Shown in pieces: positions 1 through 9,690 of a stretch of DNA of 45,747 nt. The DNA comes from Kiritimatiellia bacterium (GTDB taxonomy: Bacteria; Verrucomicrobiota; Kiritimatiellia; UBA8416; JAIOPI01): positions 1 through 45,747 of the forward strand of contig JBLHHU010000002.1 of NCBI GenBank assembly GCA_047615735.1, written 5' to 3'. Position numbers and translations under genes: made by a program. Below the pieces are notes generated by a model. It was given only the letters and a program-made list of their open reading frames with translations. It was not told the DNA's origin and ran no database searches. The first letter of the stretch is position 1, and every line of letters starts with the position of its first letter.

Positions 1-793
1 TTGCCGTTGTCTTGGCCGTATCCTTGAGACCAATAAGCTCAACTTCTTCACCCACCTTGACGATACCGCGGTCAACACGGCCCGTCACCACCGTGCCACG
101 ACCTTCGATGGAGAACACGTCTTCGATCGGCATTAGGAAGGGCTGATCGGTCACACGAACCGGCTCAGGAATGAACGAGTCGAGTGCGTCAAGCAATTCG
201 CCGATCGAAGCACATGCTGGGTCACTTACATCTGTTGCCCCGGCTGCAGGAAGCGCAGAACCGCGAATCACAGGGCAGTCATCGCCAGGGAAGTCGTACT
301 TGGTCAGCAATTCACGAACTTCCAACTCAACGAGGTCGAGAAGCTCTTCGTCGTCAACGAGGTCCACCTTATTTAGGAAGACAACGATCTGAGGCACACC
401 AACCTGACGAGCGAGCAGGATGTGCTCACGCGTCTGAGGCATAGGACCATCAGCAGCACTAACCACCAAAATTGCGCCGTCCATCTGTGCGGCACCGGTG
501 ATCATGTTTTTGACGTAGTCAGCATGGCCCGGGCAATCCACGTGCGCATAGTGACGGTTCTCTGTGCTGTATTCCACGTGCGACGTCGAAATGGTGAGAA
601 TCTTGGTTGCGTCACGACGACCAGCACTTTCAGAAGCTTTGGCAACTTCGTCATACTTGATCGATGTGCTCAAGCCCTTCAAGGACTGCACATGCGTCAA
701 TGCAGCGGTCAATGTGGTTTTGCCGTGATCCACGTGGCCAATGGTGCCCACGTTCACATGGGGTTTCAAACGATCAAATGTCTCTTTCGCCAT
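1..793 (-). CDS. tuf: Elongation factor Tu, N-terminal ~264 codons (3' end runs off the left window edge)
   Basis: Reverse translation from ATG 793-791 reads [32 protein letters not shown]...[30 protein letters not shown]...[12 protein letters not shown], giving GTPase motifs G1 GHVDHGKT, G3 DCPGH and G4 NKVD. AAGAGG lies upstream of the ATG. It is absent from the ORF track only because it is open at the edge. Confidence 0.97.
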   Translation of the reverse strand, partial: MAKETFDRLKPHVNVGTIGHVDHGKTTLTAALTHVQSLKGLSTSIKYDEVAKASESAGRRDATKILTISTSHVEYSTENRHYAHVDCPGHADYVKNMITGAAQMDGAILVVSAADGPMPQTREHILLARQVGVPQIVVFLNKVDLVDDEELLDLVELEVRELLTKYDFPGDDCPVIRGSALPAAGATDVSDPACASIGELLDALDSFIPEPVRVTDQPFLMPIEDVFSIEGRGTVVTGRVDRGIVKVGEEVELIGLKDTAKTTA

Positions 794-866
794 TTTGTCT
801 ACCTCTTTCCGTACTGGTTCTGTCTATGTTTGCTTTACAAATGTTCGTGTACGCGAGCAACCCAAT

Positions 867-942
867 TGGAGCCCATGAGCGGGATCGAACCGCTGACCTC
901 GTCCTTACCAAGGACGTGCTCTACCAACTGAGCTACATGGGC
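867..942 (-). tRNA. tRNA-Thr (anticodon GGT), CCA encoded
   Basis: The reverse complement reads GCCCATGTAGCTCAGTTGGTAGAGCACGTCCTTGGTAAGGACGAGGTCAGCGGTTCGATCCCGCTCATGGGCTCCA. It has a 7-bp acceptor stem GCCCATG/CATGGGC, anticodon stem CGTCC/GGACG with loop TTGGTAA, and a T-loop GGTTCGATCC. It sits directly upstream of tuf, the classical arrangement. Confidence 0.93.
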
Positions 943-1347
943 GCGTCTTCTCGCCTACCACTATTACAGACGAAAGCAACAGCGTCTCCTGATGATTCGG
1001 AACCATGCCCAGTCGTTCAGGCGACTCTGCTGCAATCTAAGCGAAAATAAGTGCCCGCATACGCTCTCGGGCCTCTAATAAAAAACGGAGCAAAGGTACC
1101 AAAATGAAAGTAGCGGTCAATCCTTTTTGGGATATTTATTTATTTTTTTTCAAAAACAGAAGGATTTGGACTTAAATCCCGTTTCAAAATTAAGTTCAGG
1201 TATGGATCGTGCTCTCTATTTCGCCCAAGGCAGCCGACATAAATACACGCAAAATCCTATAAACAAAGGGCTTACAAATCTAAACAGGTGAAATTGCGCG
1301 ACACCTTGGTCGCAAAGGCGTCCCACGCGGCAAAGGCCGACCGCCCC

Positions 1348-3693
1348 CTACCCGGAAAGCGCCTTAGACAACGCGGCGGCCAAATCTCTCACATTGTAGG
1401 GTTTGGCGATACTGCCGACGAATCCGTGCGATTCGTAACCCGAAAAAACGCTACTAGCTGAATATCCGCTTGATACAAGCGCGCGCACATTGGGATCAAC
1501 CTTATACAGCTCAGCGAGCGTTTCCTCACCGCCCATACCGCCAGGGATCGTTAGATCCAGAATGACAACGTCAAAGGGTTCCCCTGCTTGAGCCGCTTCA
1601 ACATAGGCATCTACAGCCGCTTTACCATCTGGAACGCAACGACTTGTATAATGAAGTAGTTCAAGAATATGCGTCAGAAGATTACGAATGATCTCTTCGT
1701 CATCCATCACCAATACACGTTTCCCCACACCCGACGACGTCGGCGCCTCACGATCGGTCATGACGGGTTCCTTTGTTTCCATTGTCGCGGGCAAATAGAG
1801 CGTAAATGTCGATCCCTGGCCGGGTTTTGACTCTACAACTAGATCGCCTCCGTGTTTGGCCATGATGGAGTAGCAGATGGCCAGTCCGAGTCCGCTACCG
1901 TCTTCTTTGGTCGAAAAGTAGGGATCGAATATTTTGGGTAAGAGCGCACTGTCGATGCCAACACCGCTATCATGAAAGGAAACCTCAATATATAGGCCCG
2001 CTTCAAGGTTCAAACCACGCGAAACGCCCTCGACCTGCAACGCAAAGTTACGCGCATTAACATCGATCGTACCCCCGCGCGGCATGGCCTGAGCAGCGTT
2101 AATAAAGAGATTTTCGATGACTTGTCCAATCTGTGAAACATCAATGTACGCCGACCACAACCCGCTTTCGGCAACAATGTGGCTGGCACAATTGGAACCA
2201 ACCAGCGAGAAACGCGTGGTTTCTTCAAGAAGCTCTTCAACATTTGTTATCTCACGCAGGGGTGCCCCACCACGGGCAAATGTCAGCAATTGATGGGTCA
2301 ACGTCTTCGCGCGTCCAGCCGCACCTTCCGCCTCGTTTAGGGCACGTGAGCACTGCTGGGCCGTCGTTTCAGGTAATGCCGCATAAGATATGTTGCCAAC
2401 AATACCTGAGAGTAAATTGTTAAAATCGTGCGCGATGCCACCCGCAAGTACACCAAGCGATTCCAAATGATCCGAACGCAACATTTGTTTCTCCGCCATG
2501 CGCCGCAAAGTCACATCACGCAATGTCACGAGACGCGCCCCTTTACCGTGCCATTCGGTTTCAGAGTACAGCGCCTCGATTAAAGAACGGCCGCCGTCGG
2601 CACGCTCGGTCTCAATCTGAACTTCGCGACCAAGATCGATATGGTAATCAAACGCTTGCCCAACGAGCAGATCCAGATGCGTCTGCAACAAGACTGCCGC
2701 AGCAGGATTGGCGTACAGCACTGTGCCTTCTGGATCCAACACAAGAACACCTTCCATGCTCTGCTCAACCAAACTGTGGAAATCAGCGCGCGATTGATCC
2801 AATTTTGCGTTCGTCAGGCGCAGTGCTGCGGTACGCTCTTCGACGAGGCTTTCGAGCTCTTTTTGATGGGCGCTTAACCTAACCTCGGCCTCCCGCCGTT
2901 GTGATATATCACGCACATGCAGCAGCAGCGCATCCTTGCCACCATACTCGACACGACTACCGTGAACCTCAACGGGAACAGCCAGACCACTGCGCGTGTA
3001 ACGCCACCCTTCGAAGGTCGTCAACGAATCCGTCCATTCCAGAAAGCGGCCGGCAACTTCATCGCGTTGCTCCGCGGGCACAAGGTCGAGCACATTCACG
3101 CCAATTAACGCGTCAACAGGCATGTCATGTAGCCGCGCAGCGGCGGCGTTGCAATCCAGCACATTTCCTTCGAAATCTTCCACGAAAATAGCATCTGCCG
3201 AGTGTTCAAAGAGACTGCGCAGATAGCGCTCGCTTCGCGTTAACTGCTGTGTTTGCTCATCCAATTGCGAGGACAGTTGCACTTCATGCGCAAGCAAGGT
3301 GTCCTGGTACTGTTTCATGCGTAACAATGTGCGCACTTGTGCCACCAACTCATCGCGTTGAAATGGCTTACACAGATAACCGTCGGCGCCTTCGTCGAAA
3401 CCGGTAATGCGATGCTCACGTTCGACGAGAACACCGGAAATCATTAACACCGGTATGTGAGCCAATTCGCGTTTTGATTTCAGATGTTTGCAAACATCGA
3501 ATCCGCTTATCCCTGGCAACACCGCATCCAGCAGAATCAGATCGGGGCGAAACGTGTTCAGGACGTCGAGCGCGAACTCGCCGTCAAGCGCCGTGCGAAT
3601 CACCACAGCATCCAAGCTGAGTTCGAGAATCGTCTTCAGAAGGTCAACGCTCTCAACGGAGTCTTCTACGATTAGAATATTGGAAGACATCAT
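1348..3693 (-). CDS. Hybrid sensor histidine kinase with receiver domains at both ends (REC-PAS-PAS-HisKA-HATPase-REC)
   Basis: 781-aa ORF. N-terminal receiver (ILIVEDS...LILLDAVLPGISGF...LCKPF), two PAS-like segments, H-box GGIAHDFNNLLSGI, ATPase boxes NLFINAAQAM / DSGVGI / GSGLGL, and a C-terminal receiver (VLVMDDE...VILDLTIPGGMGG...IAKPY). Confidence 0.9.
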   Translation of the reverse strand: MMSSNILIVEDSVESVDLLKTILELSLDAVVIRTALDGEFALDVLNTFRPDLILLDAVLPGISGFDVCKHLKSKRELAHIPVLMISGVLVEREHRITGFDEGADGYLCKPFQRDELVAQVRTLLRMKQYQDTLLAHEVQLSSQLDEQTQQLTRSERYLRSLFEHSADAIFVEDFEGNVLDCNAAAARLHDMPVDALIGVNVLDLVPAEQRDEVAGRFLEWTDSLTTFEGWRYTRSGLAVPVEVHGSRVEYGGKDALLLHVRDISQRREAEVRLSAHQKELESLVEERTAALRLTNAKLDQSRADFHSLVEQSMEGVLVLDPEGTVLYANPAAAVLLQTHLDLLVGQAFDYHIDLGREVQIETERADGGRSLIEALYSETEWHGKGARLVTLRDVTLRRMAEKQMLRSDHLESLGVLAGGIAHDFNNLLSGIVGNISYAALPETTAQQCSRALNEAEGAAGRAKTLTHQLLTFARGGAPLREITNVEELLEETTRFSLVGSNCASHIVAESGLWSAYIDVSQIGQVIENLFINAAQAMPRGGTIDVNARNFALQVEGVSRGLNLEAGLYIEVSFHDSGVGIDSALLPKIFDPYFSTKEDGSGLGLAICYSIMAKHGGDLVVESKPGQGSTFTLYLPATMETKEPVMTDREAPTSSGVGKRVLVMDDEEIIRNLLTHILELLHYTSRCVPDGKAAVDAYVEAAQAGEPFDVVILDLTIPGGMGGEETLAELYKVDPNVRALVSSGYSASSVFSGYESHGFVGSIAKPYNVRDLAAALSKALSG

Positions 3694-3869
3694 TGCATCA
3701 CCGCGAACGAGGTTGTCCTATATCATGGATGTGCATCTCGCAAGGATTTGGGATGAGAAGCGCGTCGTTCACGGTTCTGTAAAATAGCATGCCGCGCAGC
3801 ACCAAACAAGCGTTTCAAACAGAAGTCACGTGGCGAGGGCAAGACGCGGCAACGTCACCTGTCTTGGAA

Positions 3870-4928
3870 TCAGCCCACAAAACGAGCGTAACGCTCACGC
3901 GCGATCTTAGGGTCACTGGTCCCCTCCATGATGGCGCGACCATCAGGAAACAGCGTAAACGCCGCATCAGGCCCGGCAAATTTCAACAGATAAGGATTCA
4001 CCGTAACCTGACCGCTCGCACGGAGCGATTCAGCCAAACGCTCAAGATCAACGGTGTGGTCCTCTTTCCACGAGACTTGCACAGCGTCGCGACCACATAA
4101 ACTGGTCGCCATGGAACCGCGTTCAGCGTTCAGATAGTCAAACTGGTGCTTCACGCAGGCTGCGCAATCCATCACGCGACTGTCCATTGTTTGAATTCGT
4201 TTATGTTCACCACTCCAAACATCGGTGTAGATCATTTCCTTGCGTACGCCGCCACTGACACGGCACAACAAACGCAGTGCCTGGGTGGCTTCATATGCGG
4301 CAATGATATGAACGATCGCGGCAAGCACGCCTGCTGTATCACAGGTTGGCACCGTGCCAGGTGCTGGTGGTTTTTCGTAAAGACAACGCAAACAGGGCGT
4401 TTCCCCCGGAACGATTGTGGTCGTCATGCCGTAACTGCCCACGACGGCGGCATAAATCCAAGGTTTCTTAAGTTGAATGGCGATGTCGTTGATTAAATAG
4501 CGTGTTTCAAAATTGTCTGTGCCATCCAGAATCAGGTCCACATCCTCGACAACAGCGCGAATTGATGCGGAATCAACGTCACGCACACAGGCCTCGACCT
4601 CGCTCAGGGGATTGATACGCTCCAGTTTGCGCCGCGCGGCTTCAGCCTTAGGGAGATTCTTAGCCACATCGTCGGAATCAAACAGAACCTGACGCTGCAG
4701 ATTGGATTCATCGACGAAATCGCGATCAACAATACGTAAAAAGCCGATGCCTGCACGCACAAGGATATCCGCGACGATTGTGCCCAGTCCGCCGCACCCG
4801 ATCACCACCGCTCTCGCCGTCATCAGCGAGCGCTGCCCGTCTTGACCGATCGGCTGAAAAAGGGTCTGCCGGGAATAGCGTAACGGCTGCTCGCTGCCGT
4901 CCGCCGATGATGGCGCGGTTTCAGCCAT
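3870..4928 (-). CDS. ThiF/MoeB/HesA-family E1-like adenylyltransferase
   Basis: RYSRQ start motif, nucleotide loop VIGCGGLGT, DRDFVDESNLQRQ, and two CxxC pairs (CLRC, CAAC). The ATG at 4928-4926 overlaps the proC stop as TGATG. The ORF-track start at 4931 is a TTG one codon upstream. ThiF versus MoeB cannot be decided from sequence alone. Confidence 0.85.
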   Translation of the reverse strand: MAETAPSSADGSEQPLRYSRQTLFQPIGQDGQRSLMTARAVVIGCGGLGTIVADILVRAGIGFLRIVDRDFVDESNLQRQVLFDSDDVAKNLPKAEAARRKLERINPLSEVEACVRDVDSASIRAVVEDVDLILDGTDNFETRYLINDIAIQLKKPWIYAAVVGSYGMTTTIVPGETPCLRCLYEKPPAPGTVPTCDTAGVLAAIVHIIAAYEATQALRLLCRVSGGVRKEMIYTDVWSGEHKRIQTMDSRVMDCAACVKHQFDYLNAERGSMATSLCGRDAVQVSWKEDHTVDLERLAESLRASGQVTVNPYLLKFAGPDAAFTLFPDGRAIMEGTSDPKIARERYARFVG

Positions 4929-5737
4929 CAAGCCTCAGCACTTTCTCTTAAGGCCTGACTACGCGCTGCAGCCGCGGCCACGGTTTCCGCCAGTACAGCA
5001 CGAACATCGCTGGCGCCGAGGACCTGCATTCCAGCTACCGTGGTCCCGTTCGGAGAACTGACGGATTCGATCAACGCTTGCGGCGTTCCGCCCTGTGCCT
5101 GCAGGACCTGCGCCGTGCCCAGAAACGTCTGTAGCGCCAACGTATAGGCCTGCCCCTCGGACAAGCCCAGCGCAACGCCCGCAGCGGCCAGCGCGGCCAG
5201 CAAATAGGCAACGAAGGCCGGACCTGATCCACTGACAGCCGTCACCGCATCAAACAGAGACTCATCCGCTTCCACCACCTCGCCAAAAGCGGCCAACAAA
5301 CGTACAACCAACGCTCGGTCTTCCGCTTGAACATGCGCATTGCAACAAAAAACATTCATACTGGCGCCAACGCTGGCGGCCAGATTAGGCATGACCCGCA
5401 CCACCTTTGCCGTATCAAATGAAGCCGCGATCTGATCCAGAGTTTTGCCCGCGGCTATCGAAATAAGCAACGCCTGCGGCGGCACCACGGTGGCAGCTTC
5501 TACCAAAACCGACCCCAGTACCTGAGGTTTAACCGCCAGAAACACCACATCGGCTTCGCGAACGGCTTCCGCGACAGCGTCCACGACGACAACATCCAAA
5601 GTGGCGGCCAAATATGCTCTCCGTTCTTCGACAATCTCACACACCACCACCTGCTTCGCCTCACAGACGCCATCACGCAACAGACCGGTAACAATGGCCT
5701 CAGCCATTTTACCGCCACCCAAAAAGACTATTTTCAT
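4928..5737 (-). CDS. proC: Pyrroline-5-carboxylate reductase
   Basis: 269 aa. Rossmann N-terminus MKIVFLGGGKMAEAI and the C-terminal P5CR signature SSPNGTTVAGM. GAGGAG Shine-Dalgarno (SD) sequence upstream of the ATG. Confidence 0.92.
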   Translation of the reverse strand: MKIVFLGGGKMAEAIVTGLLRDGVCEAKQVVVCEIVEERRAYLAATLDVVVVDAVAEAVREADVVFLAVKPQVLGSVLVEAATVVPPQALLISIAAGKTLDQIAASFDTAKVVRVMPNLAASVGASMNVFCCNAHVQAEDRALVVRLLAAFGEVVEADESLFDAVTAVSGSGPAFVAYLLAALAAAGVALGLSEGQAYTLALQTFLGTAQVLQAQGGTPQALIESVSSPNGTTVAGMQVLGASDVRAVLAETVAAAAARSQALRESAEA

Positions 5738-5867
5738 ATACTCCTCAACACGTTGACATCACGAGGCTCAGCCCTCGTCTACAACAGATACGCGCCTCAC
5801 TCGGCCGTGTCGAGTGCATCTTTTGGTATTCACAAGCACGGCGGGACATGCGACACTGCGCGCTCCT

Positions 5868-6491
5868 ATGACACTAACAAGAAGAACTTTTGAAAAATAC
5901 GGCTTGGTTTCACTGGGCTCAAGTGTGCACCAAAAACGGTCGTATCGCAAGCTGCTGGCCTGGTTGATTCCTGCCCTGGTGGTGATCGCGGCCTGGTGGT
6001 GGATTAAGGTTTTTGACAATTTTCACACGGTGGTCGATCAGGAGCTCTACCGCTCGGCGCAACTATCGCCCGGCGAGCTTGAAAACTACATCGAAAAGTA
6101 TCAGCTACAGTCGGTCATCAATCTTCGCGCGAGCACACAATCTGTCTGGTGGGCCCGCGAACAAGCCGTCTGTGAATCCGCCGGCGTGACCTACCTGAAT
6201 GTTCCCATCAGAGGATCCCAGGAACTGACCAGCGAATTACTGGACACGCTACTACAAACCATGCAAGACGCCCCCAAGCCAGCCTTGGTCCACTGCCGAC
6301 ACGGCGCTGACCGCGCAGGCCTCGCCTCCGCCTTGTACCGTTTCCATGTAAGTGGCGACACACAGAAACAAGCGAAGCGTCAGTTACGATCGCGCTACGG
6401 TCACATTCCCCTTATCGCCCCCATGAACCGCAAGTATGGCAAGGCGTTTCGCGAATATGCACAAACAGAGAACGAGACCACCATTGAGTAA
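5868..6491 (+). CDS. Membrane-anchored protein-tyrosine/dual-specificity phosphatase family protein
   Basis: CX5R P-loop HCRHGADRAG and one N-terminal hydrophobic helix (LLAWLIPALVVIAAWWWI). The start is uncertain: ATG at 5868 is chosen here, while the ORF track's longest start is GTG at 5814. Confidence 0.75.
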   Translation: MTLTRRTFEKYGLVSLGSSVHQKRSYRKLLAWLIPALVVIAAWWWIKVFDNFHTVVDQELYRSAQLSPGELENYIEKYQLQSVINLRASTQSVWWAREQAVCESAGVTYLNVPIRGSQELTSELLDTLLQTMQDAPKPALVHCRHGADRAGLASALYRFHVSGDTQKQAKRQLRSRYGHIPLIAPMNRKYGKAFREYAQTENETTIE

Positions 6492-7506
6492 CGCACCACT
6501 GTATCCCCTAACGTTCAGCCCCCTGTACCAAGACTACATTTGGGGCGGCACGCGTATGCAGGACACGCTTGGGCGACGTCCAGAGACGGCAATCTGTGCA
6601 GAATCATGGGACGTGTCCGATAGGCCGGAAGGCCAAAGCGTCGTGTCCAACGGCGCACTAGAGGGCACGACCCTGCGTCACCTCATGCAATCGCGTCGCC
6701 GTGACCTGGTCGGTGCTCTCAAAGCGGACGTCGATGTCTTCCCCCTCTTAATCAAGATCATCGACGCAAACAAGACGCTGAGCATTCAAGTTCACCCCGA
6801 CGATGCTTCCGCGGCCCAACATGGGGGTGAAGCGAAAACAGAAATGTGGTACGTGCTCGATGCCGATACCGACGCATGCGTGTATGCGGGGTTCAAGGCC
6901 GAAACGACCGCGGATGCGTTCAAAGCCGCCATCCACGACGGAATGGTCGCCGATGTCTTACAAAAGCAACCCGTTCGCCCGGGTGACGTGGTGTTTATTC
7001 CCGGAGGGCGCATTCACGCCATTGGCGCAGGCTGCTTGATTCTTGAAATTCAACAAAACTCGAACACGACGTATCGCGTGGATGACTGGGGACGCCTCGG
7101 CGTCGACGGCAAACCGCGCGACCTTCATTTGGACGCAGCCTCGCGCGTCATTAACTGGACCGACACGGCCAGTCCCATGCAAAAGGCCGAGCGCCTCGGT
7201 CGTGCCACACGCGAGAGAGAAGAATGGCGCCTTTTAAGCTGCGACCACTTCTATCTCGGCCAGATCAACATGAGCGTCCCGACGCAACTAAGCAGTGCTG
7301 ACAACACCTTTGAAATCCTATTCTGCAAATCTGGGACCGCGCGAATTGCGGCAGGCGAAACGGTCGTAGATCTAGCCCCGGCAACGTCGTGTCTGATCCC
7401 CGCGAACGTTACGGAATACACATTATCATCAGCCGTTAGCGATACAGCTGCCAGTGTCATGCGCATCCTGCCTGGACCCTATTACATGGACGGACAGAGC
7501 GCCTAA
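6436..7506 (+). CDS. manA: Mannose-6-phosphate isomerase, type I (cupin)
   Basis: Motifs YIWGGTRM, LSIQVHPDD, KTEMWYVLDA and GGRIHAIGAG. The true start is probably later (ATG 6457 or TTG 6484), because the longest ORF overlaps the upstream gene by 56 nt. Confidence 0.85.
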   Translation: MARRFANMHKQRTRPPLSNAPLYPLTFSPLYQDYIWGGTRMQDTLGRRPETAICAESWDVSDRPEGQSVVSNGALEGTTLRHLMQSRRRDLVGALKADVDVFPLLIKIIDANKTLSIQVHPDDASAAQHGGEAKTEMWYVLDADTDACVYAGFKAETTADAFKAAIHDGMVADVLQKQPVRPGDVVFIPGGRIHAIGAGCLILEIQQNSNTTYRVDDWGRLGVDGKPRDLHLDAASRVINWTDTASPMQKAERLGRATREREEWRLLSCDHFYLGQINMSVPTQLSSADNTFEILFCKSGTARIAAGETVVDLAPATSCLIPANVTEYTLSSAVSDTAASVMRILPGPYYMDGQSA

Positions 7507-7534
7507 TCGCGATAGCACCAGCGCCCCACCCTGA

Positions 7535-8614
7535 TTACGCGCCTTTTGCGTAGTGCAACAATCGGTCAGCAACATCGCGCGCGGCACCTGGCCGCGCCAT
7601 CGTCGCCAGGGCCTGCTGCATGCTGGCGCGCTGATCGGGATCGCCAAGCAGCGACCCCACTAATTCGCTCAGCGCATCCTCAGTCATCGCCGACTGATCC
7701 ATGAGACGTGCCGCGGCTTGCGTTTGCATGGACTCAGCGTTCAGTCGTTGATGTCCACCACCTGCACTGGGATGCGGAACAAGAATGGAGGGAAGCTGAT
7801 GTTGGGCGAGTTCACAACACGTCGCCGCACCGGCGCGACAGATCGCTAAATCGGCTGCCGCATACGACCTCGGCATATCGTTGCAGAACGCCATGACCTC
7901 ACTTGCAACACCTAGTTCTTCGTAAGCTGCTCGCACCGCTACATCACGATCGGCACCCGTCAAGTGTATCGAACGAATCGCAACACCACGCTCTTGAAGC
8001 CGCCCCATGACACGCGGCAACAGGCTGTTCAGAACGGCCGCGCCCTGACTGCCGCCCATCACCAGCACGCACAGCGGATCGCCCCCATCCCGTTCAGGCA
8101 ATCGACGTGCAACGTCTGTTCCGGCACCGCGTATAGGTAAACCCGTGCAACGAAACGCCCGACCGCGCATCAGGGATTCGGTAACGTCAAAGGTAGTGCA
8201 CACCTCACGCGCAAAGCGGGCCAGGAACATCACGGCCTTGCCGGGTGTCGCATTGGCCTCGTGCAGAACAACAGGAACACGAAGCAAAGACGCCGCCAAC
8301 ACGGGCCCAACGGATGCATAACTCCCCATAGCAAGCAGTGCATCCGGCTTACCCCGCCGCATGATTCTCCAAGATTGTATTATCGCGCGCGTCAGGAAAA
8401 AGCATGTCGCAACCTTGGCGAACACGCCTCCACCGAATCCACGGGCAGAAACCGTGATTGTTTGCGCAGGCCATTGACGTAAGCCATCGGCTTCAACATC
8501 ACGACCCGAAACCCACAGCGTGACCTCGTGTCCTTGCGTCAGTAACACGTGGCCCACGGCGATCCCAGGAAAGAGATGCCCGCCCGTACCACCACATGCA
8601 ATGCCAATTTTCAT
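7535..8614 (-). CDS. murG: Undecaprenyldiphospho-muramoylpentapeptide beta-N-acetylglucosaminyltransferase
   Basis: MKIGIACGGTGGHLFPGIAVGH glycine-rich N-terminus and a GT28 two-domain length (~359 aa). ATG at 8614; a GTG at 8620 is also possible. Confidence 0.9.
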   Translation of the reverse strand: MKIGIACGGTGGHLFPGIAVGHVLLTQGHEVTLWVSGRDVEADGLRQWPAQTITVSARGFGGGVFAKVATCFFLTRAIIQSWRIMRRGKPDALLAMGSYASVGPVLAASLLRVPVVLHEANATPGKAVMFLARFAREVCTTFDVTESLMRGRAFRCTGLPIRGAGTDVARRLPERDGGDPLCVLVMGGSQGAAVLNSLLPRVMGRLQERGVAIRSIHLTGADRDVAVRAAYEELGVASEVMAFCNDMPRSYAAADLAICRAGAATCCELAQHQLPSILVPHPSAGGGHQRLNAESMQTQAAARLMDQSAMTEDALSELVGSLLGDPDQRASMQQALATMARPGAARDVADRLLHYAKGA

Positions 8615-8700
8615 GACCACACAATAGGTATTAAGTGGCGTATAGGCAATCTTCTCAGTTTATTTGGCACATTTCAGGCGATATCGATAACAAGATTAGC

Positions 8701-8758
8701 GTTGAGCTGGTGTCGGCGTTTCGATATGGTTCTTGGCTCTAGCAGATGCCAGCTCAAC
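8701..8758 (+). promoter_or_regulatory. 10-bp perfect inverted repeat in the proB leader
   Basis: GTTGAGCTGG (8701-8710) pairs with CCAGCTCAAC (8749-8758) across a 38-nt loop. It lies just upstream of the proB ATG at 8782 and overlaps the alternative ATG at 8746. Function unknown. Confidence 0.3.
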
Positions 8759-8781
8759 GGGGCAGCTTGCCGAGACAAACG

Positions 8782-9621
8782 ATGAAAACCGAAGAAAAAT
8801 ACCGAGCGGGGATTCCCGAAACGCGCCGCATTGTGATCAAGGTGGGTAGCCGGGTGCTTGTTCAGAAAAACGGCCGCCCAGACACGCGCCGCATGCGTAA
8901 GCTCGTCAACGAGATCGCCCGCCTACGCCACGACGGAAAAGATGTTATCCTCGTCACCTCAGGTGCAATCGCTGCTGGCATGCAGACGCTGAAAATGCGC
9001 GAACGCCCCACCAAACTGCCAGACCTCCAGATGGCGGCCGCCGTTGGTCAGACTCGGCTTATGTCACTATACACGGACATGTTCGCAGCCAAAGGTTGTA
9101 CCATCGGGCAAATTTTGCTGACCAATGACAATTTCACGCAACGAATGCGAACAACCAATGCGAAGCGTACCATTGAAAACCTGCTCCGCAACGGCGTCGT
9201 CCCTATTATCAATGAAAATGATGCCATTACCGACGAAGAAATACGGGCGGATCTGGTATTGGGCGACAATGACCTTCTGGCAACGCTGGTCTCGAAATTG
9301 ATCCGCGCCGACCTGATGCTTTTGCTCACGACCGCCGATGGCGTTCGCGCGCCGTCCACGCCGGGCCGCACGAAGCGTGTGTCGTTTATCGAAGACGTGA
9401 ACCGCAACGTGATGCGGCTCGTCACACCGGACGACAGTTCATTCTCGAAAGGCGGTATGGCCAGTAAACTCCACGCCGCCCGGGATGCGGCGAAATCAGG
9501 ATGCCTTGCCATCATTGCCAACGGTCGCGAAACAGGAATTATCGGCCGCGTCATGAAAGGTGACGACGTTGGCACAATCGTACTCAGTGCGCTTAAGCAA
9601 AAGCGTCGCTCCGGCAAATGA
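8782..9621 (+). CDS. proB: Glutamate 5-kinase (short form, no PUA domain)
   Basis: Amino-acid-kinase motifs RIVIKVGSRVL, ILVTSGAIAAG and VPIINENDA. The protein ends about 30 aa after the kinase fold. Start ambiguous (ATG 8782 or ATG 8746). Confidence 0.9.
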   Translation: MKTEEKYRAGIPETRRIVIKVGSRVLVQKNGRPDTRRMRKLVNEIARLRHDGKDVILVTSGAIAAGMQTLKMRERPTKLPDLQMAAAVGQTRLMSLYTDMFAAKGCTIGQILLTNDNFTQRMRTTNAKRTIENLLRNGVVPIINENDAITDEEIRADLVLGDNDLLATLVSKLIRADLMLLLTTADGVRAPSTPGRTKRVSFIEDVNRNVMRLVTPDDSSFSKGGMASKLHAARDAAKSGCLAIIANGRETGIIGRVMKGDDVGTIVLSALKQKRRSGK

Positions 9622-9690
9622 CAACTCAACATAGACGCCGTCAGACTTGTCTGACCGTTCGTTTTTAAACCACGTTACGGGTCCAAAGCT

